Shown: piece after piece, positions 55,650 through 63,704 of the stretch
Numbering within the stretch: position 1 is the stretch's first letter
How the letters are laid out: each line of letters starts with the position of its first letter
NCBI GenBank assembly: GCA_949290515.1
Contig: CASERZ010000005.1
Coordinates: forward strand, 101,856-165,855
Direction of reading: 5' to 3'
Length of the DNA: 64,000 bases
Source: an uncultured Christensenella sp.
GTDB taxonomy: Bacteria > Bacillota > Clostridia > Christensenellales > UBA3700
Notes under the pieces: generated by a model
The model's input: only the letters and a program-made list of their open reading frames with translations
What the model was told of the DNA's origin: nothing
The model's database searches: none
Position numbers and translations under genes: made by a program

Positions 55650-58600
55650 ATGAATAAGAACGGTATTTTTTCTTCACGCGACGACACCGATTATTCTCAA
55701 AGCACGCTCAGAAGACTGTCCAGTGACAAGATACTGCTTTTGGTATGCGCGGGCATAGCCGCTTTCTGCGATTTGATTACGTTTATAGTCTCGCTGGTGG
55801 CGGGCTACGGCGCGGGGCAGGTAGTGCTGACCGTATTTATGCTTATAGCCGACGGCCTGTTCATAGCGGGAATATGTTTTACCAACTTCCGCTTCAAATA
55901 CTCGCTGGCAGTTTGGATAGGTTACGTAGCCGTATCGTTCGTGCTTTCGTTGATAATGCTCGTAGGCTGTTCGGGCGGGTCAGGCGTTTATACTATGACT
56001 ACGGCGGCAACCGCACTGGTAATTTTGTCGCACCTTATTTTGTGGATAGTGATAGGCGTATGCGCGCTTGCCGACAATTTCTTCCCTCGCAAGTCTTACG
56101 TTAAGATTGTGATTTGCGTAGTTACGGGCTTGGCGGTACTGCTTACTTTTGCATATTCGATATATGTGGCGGACAAGGGCTATTACGGACAAAACGAGGA
56201 CAACAACATCAGAGTAGTTGCATATACCGAGGATTTTGAGCTTGACGGCTACAAAGCCAGCAGCGTAGTGGAAGGAAGAGGAGATAAAATTGTTATACCC
56301 TCTACCTTCAACGGCAAAAAAGTAGTATCCATATCCGCCAATATTCTCAAAGACAAGTCTATCAATAATATAGTAATTGAAGGCAGCGAAATGCTGGAGA
56401 TAAAAGGAATAATGGACGATACGGAAATCTCTCAATCGCTGAGGATAGGAGTTTCCCAACACATTATAGACGCATACAGAGCAAAGCACGCGGCAGATAC
56501 TTCTGATTATTCGCTGACTTTGGTCAACGCTTTTTATCCCGCCGACCTTGAAGAAGACCAAACGTATATCACTTTTGCCTACGAGTGGATGGAAAGCAAT
56601 CTTGTCAGGGGTCAACTTATTCCTACGTGGATAGGCAAGAAGGGCGAAGTATTCAACCTCGAAAGCTATGCTCAGGCAAACAGTATCGCATACGTAAACA
56701 ACAGAAATATGACGGATGACTTAGAGTTGGATTGGAATGTATCCAACAATCTCGGCTATATCTTCAAGAGCGTTACCTTTGACGGCGAGAGCGTGGAAGA
56801 CATAACTGTCGACGAAAGTATCTACAGAGCAAAAGTCAGCTTTGACAGGATTTACAAGGTAGAGATACTCGACGACAACGATACGCTTTACGAGCCTGAC
56901 GAGGACTTCAAAACTATGAATTTGTACGGCAATACTTACGAATACCGTTATGTTGCGGAAAGTCTTGCCAATTCCTTCTTGCAGGAAATATCGAGAGAGG
57001 GATTCAATCTCACGTGGAAGTACGATTACAACGGCGCTACCTACTATGCCGACGATTTATCTAAGGCACTTGCAGAGGGCAAAGTTTCGTTCACAAACGG
57101 AAGAGTTCAGCTTACGCCCGAGTGGCAGCTCAAATCTCCCGTAATCAACGGGGTTACGACCGACAAGGCAAATAATTCGTTTGTATACGGCGACGATATG
57201 ACTTTGAGCGTAGACGCTACCGCTCCCGCACAAGGTTTCAATCTGAGTTACGAATGGAAGGGCGTGACATCCAACCTCGGCACTTCAAAGGATATCCTTT
57301 TGAATTGCGTTACCCCCGACCATACGGGACGATATACGGTAACCGTAACGGCTTCTTCTTCTCAGACTTCGCTCACGTCCGAGGCAACGGCTTATACCGA
57401 CGTGGACGTTGCTAAAAAGATATTGCGTTTTGAATGGACTTTCCCTCAAGACGCGGTATATGACGGTACTTCGCGTCAAGCGGTATGCGAAATAGTAGCG
57501 GCAGACGTAGTCGCAGACGACGTGCTCAATATTGCTACCGATGCGACGGCTGTAAAAGACGCAGGCAATTATTCGAGTAAAGTTACGCTTTTGAGCGGGG
57601 ACAATGCGTCCTATTACGAGATGGACGCAAGCTGTAAATTCTCATACAGCGTAGCAAAACGTTCTCTTACTCTCGTATGGGAGGATAAAGAGTTTACTTA
57701 CAACGGAAATTCGCAGTATCCCTCAGTTGCTTCGCTGACCAACGCGATAGCGGGTGAGGACGATGAAATTTTGTCGGGCATAACCTACTCCAATTACGGC
57801 AAAAACGCAGGTAGCTACAACGTAAGAGCTTCTCTTCCCGCCGACAGCAATTATTCTGTAACGCAGGGCGCGAGCAAGAGTTACTCTATCAATAAGAAGG
57901 AAGTTTCGCTCGTATGGCAGAGCGTGGGCACTTACGTCTACAACGGCTATGCGCAGTATCCCGTCGCTACCGATATTACGGGTACGCTTGACAGCGATAA
58001 GACGGCGGTATTCGCTAATATCGTATATTCCGAATACGGCATAGGCGCGGGAGAATATACGGTCAAGGCAAAACTCGGAGCTGGCTCGTCAAATTACCTG
58101 CTCACGGGCGAGATGCAAAAGACTTACTCGATTGACAAGAAAGCTTTGACAATCAACGCAGTCGCGCAGAATAAGACTTATGACGGCAAGGCGGGCGGAA
58201 GCTTTTCCGTAACTGTTACGGGGCTTGTAGGCAACGATACGGTTGCTTCGCTCGGTACTCCCGTATTTGCGGGCGACGCGGTCAACGCCGTTGACGCGGG
58301 AAGTTATACGCTTTCGGTAAGCTACGCGCAAAACTCAGTCAACAAAAACTATTCTATCAGCTACAATGACGGTACTTTCGTCATTTCTCCCAAGACGGTA
58401 AGCGCGGTATGGTCGTCGCAGAGAGAATTTGTATTTGACGGCAACGGACATTCTCCGTATATCGTTACGCAAGGTACGGAATACGAAAATCAGGCAGTGA
58501 TTAGCTACGAGTACTATACTTCGGACGGACAGAAAGTCGGCTCTCCGATTGAGGAGGGAGAATATTACGTACAGGCAAAATTACAAAGTAAGAATTTTGT

Positions 58601-58652
58601 GTTTACGGGGACGAGCGTAGACTTCAGAATTACGGCACAGGAGGAGGCTTAA
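55650..58652 (+). CDS. Five-TM membrane protein with large extracellular repeat region (BspA-type LRR, Ig-like, five MBG-like repeats)
   Basis: Five hydrophobic helices within residues ~36-190. IVIPSTFNGKKVVSISANILKD..INNIVIEG is LRR-like. TPDHTGRYTVTVTA is Ig-like. There are five ~85-aa repeats with Y[DN]G..Q.P and AG.Y.V cores (about 57411-58640). Confidence 0.8.
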   Translation: MNKNGIFSSRDDTDYSQSTLRRLSSDKILLLVCAGIAAFCDLITFIVSLVAGYGAGQVVLTVFMLIADGLFIAGICFTNFRFKYSLAVWIGYVAVSFVLSLIMLVGCSGGSGVYTMTTAATALVILSHLILWIVIGVCALADNFFPRKSYVKIVICVVTGLAVLLTFAYSIYVADKGYYGQNEDNNIRVVAYTEDFELDGYKASSVVEGRGDKIVIPSTFNGKKVVSISANILKDKSINNIVIEGSEMLEIKGIMDDTEISQSLRIGVSQHIIDAYRAKHAADTSDYSLTLVNAFYPADLEEDQTYITFAYEWMESNLVRGQLIPTWIGKKGEVFNLESYAQANSIAYVNNRNMTDDLELDWNVSNNLGYIFKSVTFDGESVEDITVDESIYRAKVSFDRIYKVEILDDNDTLYEPDEDFKTMNLYGNTYEYRYVAESLANSFLQEISREGFNLTWKYDYNGATYYADDLSKALAEGKVSFTNGRVQLTPEWQLKSPVINGVTTDKANNSFVYGDDMTLSVDATAPAQGFNLSYEWKGVTSNLGTSKDILLNCVTPDHTGRYTVTVTASSSQTSLTSEATAYTDVDVAKKILRFEWTFPQDAVYDGTSRQAVCEIVAADVVADDVLNIATDATAVKDAGNYSSKVTLLSGDNASYYEMDASCKFSYSVAKRSLTLVWEDKEFTYNGNSQYPSVASLTNAIAGEDDEILSGITYSNYGKNAGSYNVRASLPADSNYSVTQGASKSYSINKKEVSLVWQSVGTYVYNGYAQYPVATDITGTLDSDKTAVFANIVYSEYGIGAGEYTVKAKLGAGSSNYLLTGEMQKTYSIDKKALTINAVAQNKTYDGKAGGSFSVTVTGLVGNDTVASLGTPVFAGDAVNAVDAGSYTLSVSYAQNSVNKNYSISYNDGTFVISPKTVSAVWSSQREFVFDGNGHSPYIVTQGTEYENQAVISYEYYTSDGQKVGSPIEEGEYYVQAKLQSKNFVFTGTSVDFRITAQEEA

Positions 58653-58654
58653 TT

Positions 58655-59800
58655 ATGAAATGCGGATATTGCAATACTGAAATAATCAGACCTCTCGAAC
58701 TGTATGACGGCAGATGGTGTTGTCCCAACTGTAAAAAGGACGTATTCCCGGGCGTTGACAGCGAATTTGTGATTGACGCGCTCAACAAGGAACTTTACGT
58801 CAGGTCGGAAGAATATTTTTACAAGTGGCTTACGCGCCGCGACGACGACAAGCAGACGAGATTCAAGTACCTTGACAGAGCAGTAAATCTTTGCAGCGAA
58901 GCGGCTTTCCGTTCGCACCCCGCAGCGCTTATGCGTATGGGATACTATTACGACAACGGCTATATAGATTTTACAAAGAGCGAGGAAGAACGCTGGACGG
59001 TCGCCTACTTCTATTACAAAGCGGTGTGTTTCAACGTGCATAAAAGCGTCGAAACCGCTGACGGAGAGGCGTATGCGGACGAGATAAGAGAAATCAAAGT
59101 CGAGTGCGCAAGGCGTCTTGCAAATATGCTCAAAAAGCCCCCGCGCGCTGTCGGTAAAAAAGGCAGCTTTGACGGCTATGTGGATTTGGACGCTCTGAGA
59201 AAATCAGTACTCGACAAGATAAAGGAGCTCGGCGGAGAATACGACGAGGGAGAATACGTGCTTACAGGCAAACACGATTACGATAATGCCGACGTGGCAT
59301 ACGTGGCGTGGAGGTCGTGTTTTGACGAGGAAAGAGCACCCCTTCTGGGGATATTCAGACTTACCAAACAAGAAGCGCAAAAGTTTTTCAGACCTTTGGG
59401 CAACGGTTACTCCGTACCCGAGAGAATAAGCAGAGATACGCGCCTTAAAATCGCAGAAACTTTCGACGAAAAAGAAGTCGAAGGAAGATTTTACGAATTC
59501 AGAAATTCCGACGCTTTGATAAAGTACGCGGAGGGTTGTCCCGACAACGGTATTTACGTATGCTTTATAAACGGCGCGGGAGGACACAAATATCTCAAAA
59601 AGCGTCAGATAAACGCTTTTGCAAAATGTATGAGCGCGCAAAACAACGCGCATATCAAAAGACTTATATCGGCGAAGAAGTACAATGCGAGTGTATTTTA
59701 CGACGACGACGTTTTCAGATATATGGAAAAGCGTACGTCTATGGAAAAAGCCGTAGAGAAATTCATAAGCGATATATGTGAGGAGGATAAAAATAATTGA
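58655..59800 (+). CDS. N-terminal zinc-ribbon protein with Sel1/TPR-like repeat
   Basis: MKCGYCNTE..WCCPNCKK ribbon. AALMRMGYYYDNGYIDFTKSEEERWTVAYFYYKAV resembles a Sel1 repeat. There is a 2-nt gap to the upstream gene. Confidence 0.75.
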   Translation: MKCGYCNTEIIRPLELYDGRWCCPNCKKDVFPGVDSEFVIDALNKELYVRSEEYFYKWLTRRDDDKQTRFKYLDRAVNLCSEAAFRSHPAALMRMGYYYDNGYIDFTKSEEERWTVAYFYYKAVCFNVHKSVETADGEAYADEIREIKVECARRLANMLKKPPRAVGKKGSFDGYVDLDALRKSVLDKIKELGGEYDEGEYVLTGKHDYDNADVAYVAWRSCFDEERAPLLGIFRLTKQEAQKFFRPLGNGYSVPERISRDTRLKIAETFDEKEVEGRFYEFRNSDALIKYAEGCPDNGIYVCFINGAGGHKYLKKRQINAFAKCMSAQNNAHIKRLISAKKYNASVFYDDDVFRYMEKRTSMEKAVEKFISDICEEDKNN

Positions 59801-61275
59801 TAGAATTAGACGCGCTGATACGCATACTCGACGATAATAAGGTCAATTATGCGAGAAAATTCAAGGATATAGAAGTCAACGGCTATGACAGCAATCAGTG
59901 TCAGCGGCTCTCTTTCGAGATACGCGAGGACATAGAAAGGCTTCTCAAGATAGGTTTTGCAGGCGGTATGGACGTTACGCTCAAAAATTCCATATACGAG
60001 CTTACGGAAATAGCCGTTAAGCTTTCGGGATACAAAGCCGCTTTGAAACTAGACGATTATATCGAAAAGAAAAAGGAAATATTGCACAAATACAGAAATT
60101 ACAAAGGAGATAAAAATATGCCCGATATCAAAAAAGAAGTTATTGCATACATCGACGATTCGCTTGCGGGCGTCAACGCGATGATAATAGAAGAAAAGAG
60201 CGAGTACAAGAAGAGTATTCTCAACGCTTCCAAAGACTTGCTCTCACAGCTCAAGGACAAGGTTAGCAACGTATTCGACAACGTGTCCGTAGATGCTGCG
60301 GACTGCGCGGCTAATCTTTTGGGAGACAGCAAGTACGGCTTGTTTGCGTGGAGAGATTACGTGGGCAGAAATATGGTATTCGATACCGTCAACACGCACC
60401 TCGAGGAAGCAATCTCGGAGGCGGATAAGTGGGCGGAGCTTACCAAGGCGGTCAATAAGCGTAACTACGCAAAGGACAAGGATATAGTCAAGTATACCGA
60501 AGACGTATTTTCCGGTTATTCGCGCGTAGCGGCGGTCAAGGAAAAGGGAGATGCATTCTTCTCCAGACTCAAGGACTTCGAGGAACAATTCGACGTGCAA
60601 AACGAGTCTTACGACAAGGTAAAGCAAATCAACGATGATATTGCCCAGATGCAAAAGGAAATATCAGAGATAATAGACAAGATGGACAACGGCGAAATTC
60701 TCGAAGAAGAGGCGGATTCGCAGATAACGATGCTCGAGCAGGATATCGAAATCCGCGAGATGGAGCGAGAACAGTACCGTTCGAGCATACGTATGATGAA
60801 CAACAATCTGCTTGCTATGCGCAGATTGCTTTCGAAGTTCAAGAGACTCGAGCTTATATACAGAATGTATCAGCAGATAGAGCCCAACCTTTTCTACACA
60901 ATGTTTGAGTATATCGACTTCAGACAGTTCCTCGATATATTGAGTTACGGCGCGAGTGAAGAGGATATAACGATGGCAATAAGCTACTACGACAACATTA
61001 TGGAAAACGTAGCTATGCAGACCAGACATATGGCTGAGACGGACGAGAGATTCGCCAACGTAAACAAGGTTATGGAAAAGGAACAGTCCGTAGTTCACAG
61101 ACAAGAGAACAAGGTGGACAGAGAAAAGGAAAAACAGGAACTCAAAGCACGTATGGAAGCGAGAAGAAAACGCTATGCAGGCAAGACGGCGCAGCCCGCG
61201 TCCGAGCCTGAGAGCAAGCAGGAAAAAGAAGAGCGGCAGGACAACGGCGAAGTACAAATCACGGATATAGTGTGA
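59797..61275 (+). CDS. Coiled-coil protein ending in EVQITDIV (possible ESCRT-III/PspA-like C-terminal half)
   Basis: TTG start overlaps the upstream TGA (TTGA), with GAGGAGGA 9 nt upstream. Long heptad-like helices are followed by a charged, presumably disordered tail and the C-terminal motif at 61249-61272. Confidence 0.75.
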   Translation: MIELDALIRILDDNKVNYARKFKDIEVNGYDSNQCQRLSFEIREDIERLLKIGFAGGMDVTLKNSIYELTEIAVKLSGYKAALKLDDYIEKKKEILHKYRNYKGDKNMPDIKKEVIAYIDDSLAGVNAMIIEEKSEYKKSILNASKDLLSQLKDKVSNVFDNVSVDAADCAANLLGDSKYGLFAWRDYVGRNMVFDTVNTHLEEAISEADKWAELTKAVNKRNYAKDKDIVKYTEDVFSGYSRVAAVKEKGDAFFSRLKDFEEQFDVQNESYDKVKQINDDIAQMQKEISEIIDKMDNGEILEEEADSQITMLEQDIEIREMEREQYRSSIRMMNNNLLAMRRLLSKFKRLELIYRMYQQIEPNLFYTMFEYIDFRQFLDILSYGASEEDITMAISYYDNIMENVAMQTRHMAETDERFANVNKVMEKEQSVVHRQENKVDREKEKQELKARMEARRKRYAGKTAQPASEPESKQEKEERQDNGEVQITDIV

Positions 61276-61299
61276 TAAGATAAGGTCGAAAAGGAGAAT

Positions 61300-62031
61300 A
61301 TGACGATTATGGCAAGAGAAAGACAGAGAGAAAGAGGAGAAAGACTCAACAATCCTTACAGCGAAATGCAAAAGCAGAATATGCGAAAACTCGACAACAA
61401 GATACTCGAGGGCAAGAAGACGGAACTCGAAAAATCCGTCGAAGACCTTGCGCGCAAGGTAGTAGAGAGCGAACACAAGTACGGTCCCGACCACTTCAAC
61501 ACGAGAGTGTTGTCGATGTTTTATACCGTTACGTTCAGTTTACAGAACGTAGTCGGAATGATGTTTTCGATGAAAGAGGCTATGCAGGTGCTTTCGCAGA
61601 CCATCAACATAATGGACGATACCTTCAAGTTTATCGACGAGATGATGAGCCTCGAAAACTACAAGAGATATACCGCGTGGGGAAGGCACAAGCAAAGAAG
61701 CAAAATAAGAAAATTCGTAAAAATGAACAGCAACCGTATGAAAGCCATTATGGATATGATAAAGGGCTACGGAAAGATTGCCGACGCTATGCTTGTTGCT
61801 ATGAGCAGCTTTGATAAAAAGCTCAAAAAATCAATGGAGAAAAAAGGCGGAAAACAAAACGACGTTATGGCGGGCTATCAAAACGAAGCGGCAAAACAGC
61901 TTCAGAAATACCGCGAGGAATATAAGGCAGAAAACGCCGATAGCGCAGATGATTCTAGCGCGCCTTCGGCGGGTGCGGGCGCATCTTCGGGCGCAAGCGA
62001 CGGCGAAATAAATATCGACGATATAGTCTGA
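61300..62031 (+). CDS. Coiled-coil protein ending in EINIDDIV (possible ESCRT-III/Snf7/PspA-like)
   Basis: AAGGAGA RBS. 243 aa: basic N-terminus, four or five predicted helices rich in M/K/E (MKEAMQVLSQTINIMDDTFKFIDEMM), a Ser/Ala/Gly/Asp tail, and the C-terminal motif at 62005-62028. Confidence 0.75.
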   Translation: MTIMARERQRERGERLNNPYSEMQKQNMRKLDNKILEGKKTELEKSVEDLARKVVESEHKYGPDHFNTRVLSMFYTVTFSLQNVVGMMFSMKEAMQVLSQTINIMDDTFKFIDEMMSLENYKRYTAWGRHKQRSKIRKFVKMNSNRMKAIMDMIKGYGKIADAMLVAMSSFDKKLKKSMEKKGGKQNDVMAGYQNEAAKQLQKYREEYKAENADSADDSSAPSAGAGASSGASDGEINIDDIV

Positions 62032-62061
62032 TAATACCTAAGTTATTTATTGAGGACGTTT

Positions 62062-63201
62062 ATGGCAGATAAAACAAAAAAAGAGGGCATAGAAGAGCTC
62101 GAAAAACAGCTTAAAAAAGTTACTGACGAAATACGCGCTATTTTGGGCGGTCGCAAGGATAAAAAGGATTTGTCGGACGATGAGAAAATGCAGCTGAGAG
62201 GCAAGTATTCACAAGCTGCGCAGATATCCCGCACGCTTTCTATGCGTTGCGCCGACAGAGAGCAGAGCGATAAGTACAAGACTTTTTATAAGCAACTCAG
62301 CGACGCGGCGGCAAGTTACGGCTCGGTCATTAAAAGCAAGATTCCCGACACTACGCTCGACGACGTCAAAGGTCTCGACAACGTAAAAGCTTTGGTCAAG
62401 AGCTTTATATTTATGGCTCAGCACCCCGAAATACTCAAGTACTATCATATCGAGGGCGGTCTCGGAATGTTGATGTACGGCGCACCGGGTACAGGTAAAA
62501 CTATGTTTGCCGAAGCCATAGCCAATGCTATGAAGCTGCCTTTGTTCATCGTTACGCCTGCTGATATATTCAAATCCTACGTGGGTGAGTCCGAGCAGGC
62601 AGTAAAACAGATATTCCAGGAAATCGACGCTTGTCCCGACGGCGCGATTTTGTTTGTGGACGAGTGCGAATCTATATTCAGCAAAAGAGGTCAGGATACC
62701 AAGGACTACAAAGCCGCTGTCACGACAGAGCTTTTGCAGCGTATCAACGGTTTCGGCGTAGACGGCTCAAAGCGTATTATGATTGCAGCTACCAACCGTC
62801 CCGACGTAATCGACCCCGCTTATCTCAGATACAAGAGATTTTCTCATCTTGTACACGTTACTCCTCCCGACAAATCGGCTAAGCGCGCAATAATCGAGAG
62901 CAAGCTCAAAGGTATCGCGCTTGTAGGCATTACGGTAGACGATATCGCAGAGGAAACGGAAAAACGTACGCGCGAGAAAATCAAAGGTGCAGAAGTAGTC
63001 ACGTCCTATTATTCCGCCGCTGATATCTGCGGTATAATAGAAGAGGCTTGCCGTCTGGCGCTCGAAGAGATTCAAGCCAACAACAGCAATCAGCCCATAC
63101 CTTTGACAAAGACTATGTTCGATAAAGCTTTCGATAAAATACCGCCCAGCATATCGGCAGAGGTGCTGGATATATACGAAGCCTTTTCTCGAAGAGAATA
63201 G
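62062..63201 (+). CDS. Single-cassette classical-clade AAA+ ATPase (Vps4/spastin/katanin-like) with helical N-domain
   Basis: Walker A GAPGTGKT (62479-62502), SYVGESEQAVKQIF, Walker B ILFVDECE, ATNRPDVIDPAYLRYKRF. The ~95-aa N-terminal region is helical with no TM segment. Confidence 0.85.
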   Translation: MADKTKKEGIEELEKQLKKVTDEIRAILGGRKDKKDLSDDEKMQLRGKYSQAAQISRTLSMRCADREQSDKYKTFYKQLSDAAASYGSVIKSKIPDTTLDDVKGLDNVKALVKSFIFMAQHPEILKYYHIEGGLGMLMYGAPGTGKTMFAEAIANAMKLPLFIVTPADIFKSYVGESEQAVKQIFQEIDACPDGAILFVDECESIFSKRGQDTKDYKAAVTTELLQRINGFGVDGSKRIMIAATNRPDVIDPAYLRYKRFSHLVHVTPPDKSAKRAIIESKLKGIALVGITVDDIAEETEKRTREKIKGAEVVTSYYSAADICGIIEEACRLALEEIQANNSNQPIPLTKTMFDKAFDKIPPSISAEVLDIYEAFSRRE

Positions 63202-63492
63202 GCGACCGCGGAGAGCGGCGCATATTTTGCCTTTATCTGCGACGCTCGCGCTCAGTTACATACGCAAAGTATGCGCCTGTCGCGCTCGGTCTGGAAAAGA
63301 CAAACTCTGCACGGTCGCACGTAGTTAGTAATATATCGGCGCATATTTGCGATTGCTCTCTCACGTACGTCTAGTACGCTCCGCTCGCACAGAGTAGGTA
63401 ATTAACAGATATAGGCGTGTACTAGATGTACGTAACTGCTGCGGGTGCACCGTAGATAAAAGGAAAAGGCGCAACCTTATACAATTGCTTAT

Positions 63493-63533
63493 TAATTTAT
63501 ACAATTTAAGCCTTATGTAAATTGTATAAATTA
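63493..63533. repeat. Perfect hairpin repeat (same as 4512-4552)
   Basis: Identical sequence including the loop AGCCTTATG. Confidence 0.9.
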
Positions 63534-63656
63534 TTATATTATAATACTAATATATTCAGGACTTGCCTATTGCACGCAATTATACATTTGAGGTAAGCAA
63601 AAAAAGATATAAAACTCCGTAAAAGTGCGGGGGAATATTTTATTACTGAATTTCTT

Positions 63657-63690
63657 GCGACCGCAGATATGTGCCAATCTCTGCGGTCGC
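63657..63690 (+). promoter_or_regulatory. Leader hairpin immediately upstream of the transporter RBS
   Basis: GCGACCGCAG, a 14-nt loop, CTGCGGTCGC (perfect 10 bp), then CTATAAGGGG and the ATG at 63705. Confidence 0.6.
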
Positions 63691-63704
63691 CTATAAGGGG
63701 TTTT

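Larger units (their letters stand above)
63197..63704. repeat. Structured non-coding mosaic repeat, copy B
   Basis: Shares blocks with 4141-4834. 63197-63221 matches 4141-4165 at 22/25. 63219-63249 is the reverse complement of 4642-4672 (31/31). 63362-63388 is the reverse complement of 4739-4765 (27/27). 63492-63546 equals 4511-4565 (55/55). 63667-63704 is homologous to 4797-4834. Confidence 0.75.

Noticed and set aside
49223-63201. Assignment of the operon to DISARM, Zorya, Druantia or BREX because of the SNF2-type helicase.
   Set aside because: By eye there is no methyltransferase, DUF1998-like partner, PLD nuclease, MotAB-like pair, PglZ or Lon-like gene. The accompanying Hsp70-like, AAA+ and coiled-coil genes are not part of those systems as I know them. 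This still needs a formal HMM check.
49223-63201. Prophage, ICE or secretion-system remnant.
   Set aside because: No capsid, portal, terminase, tail, integrase, relaxase, coupling protein or secretin-like motifs are seen. Codon usage and RBS style look like the rest of the window.
4512-63533. The four hairpin repeats as a CRISPR-like array or as tRNA/attachment sites.
   Set aside because: The copies are 6-43 kb apart with no regular spacing and no cas genes. Their sequence has no tRNA-like cloverleaf potential.
4141-63704. The two mosaic repeat copies as boundaries of a 59-kb mobile or genomic island.
   Set aside because: The interior carries core genes on both strands (pgk, tpiA, gpmI, gltX, rpsF-ssb-rpsR, gerA operon). 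No integrase, transposase or conjugation genes are present. The copies are rearranged mosaics rather than clean direct repeats.
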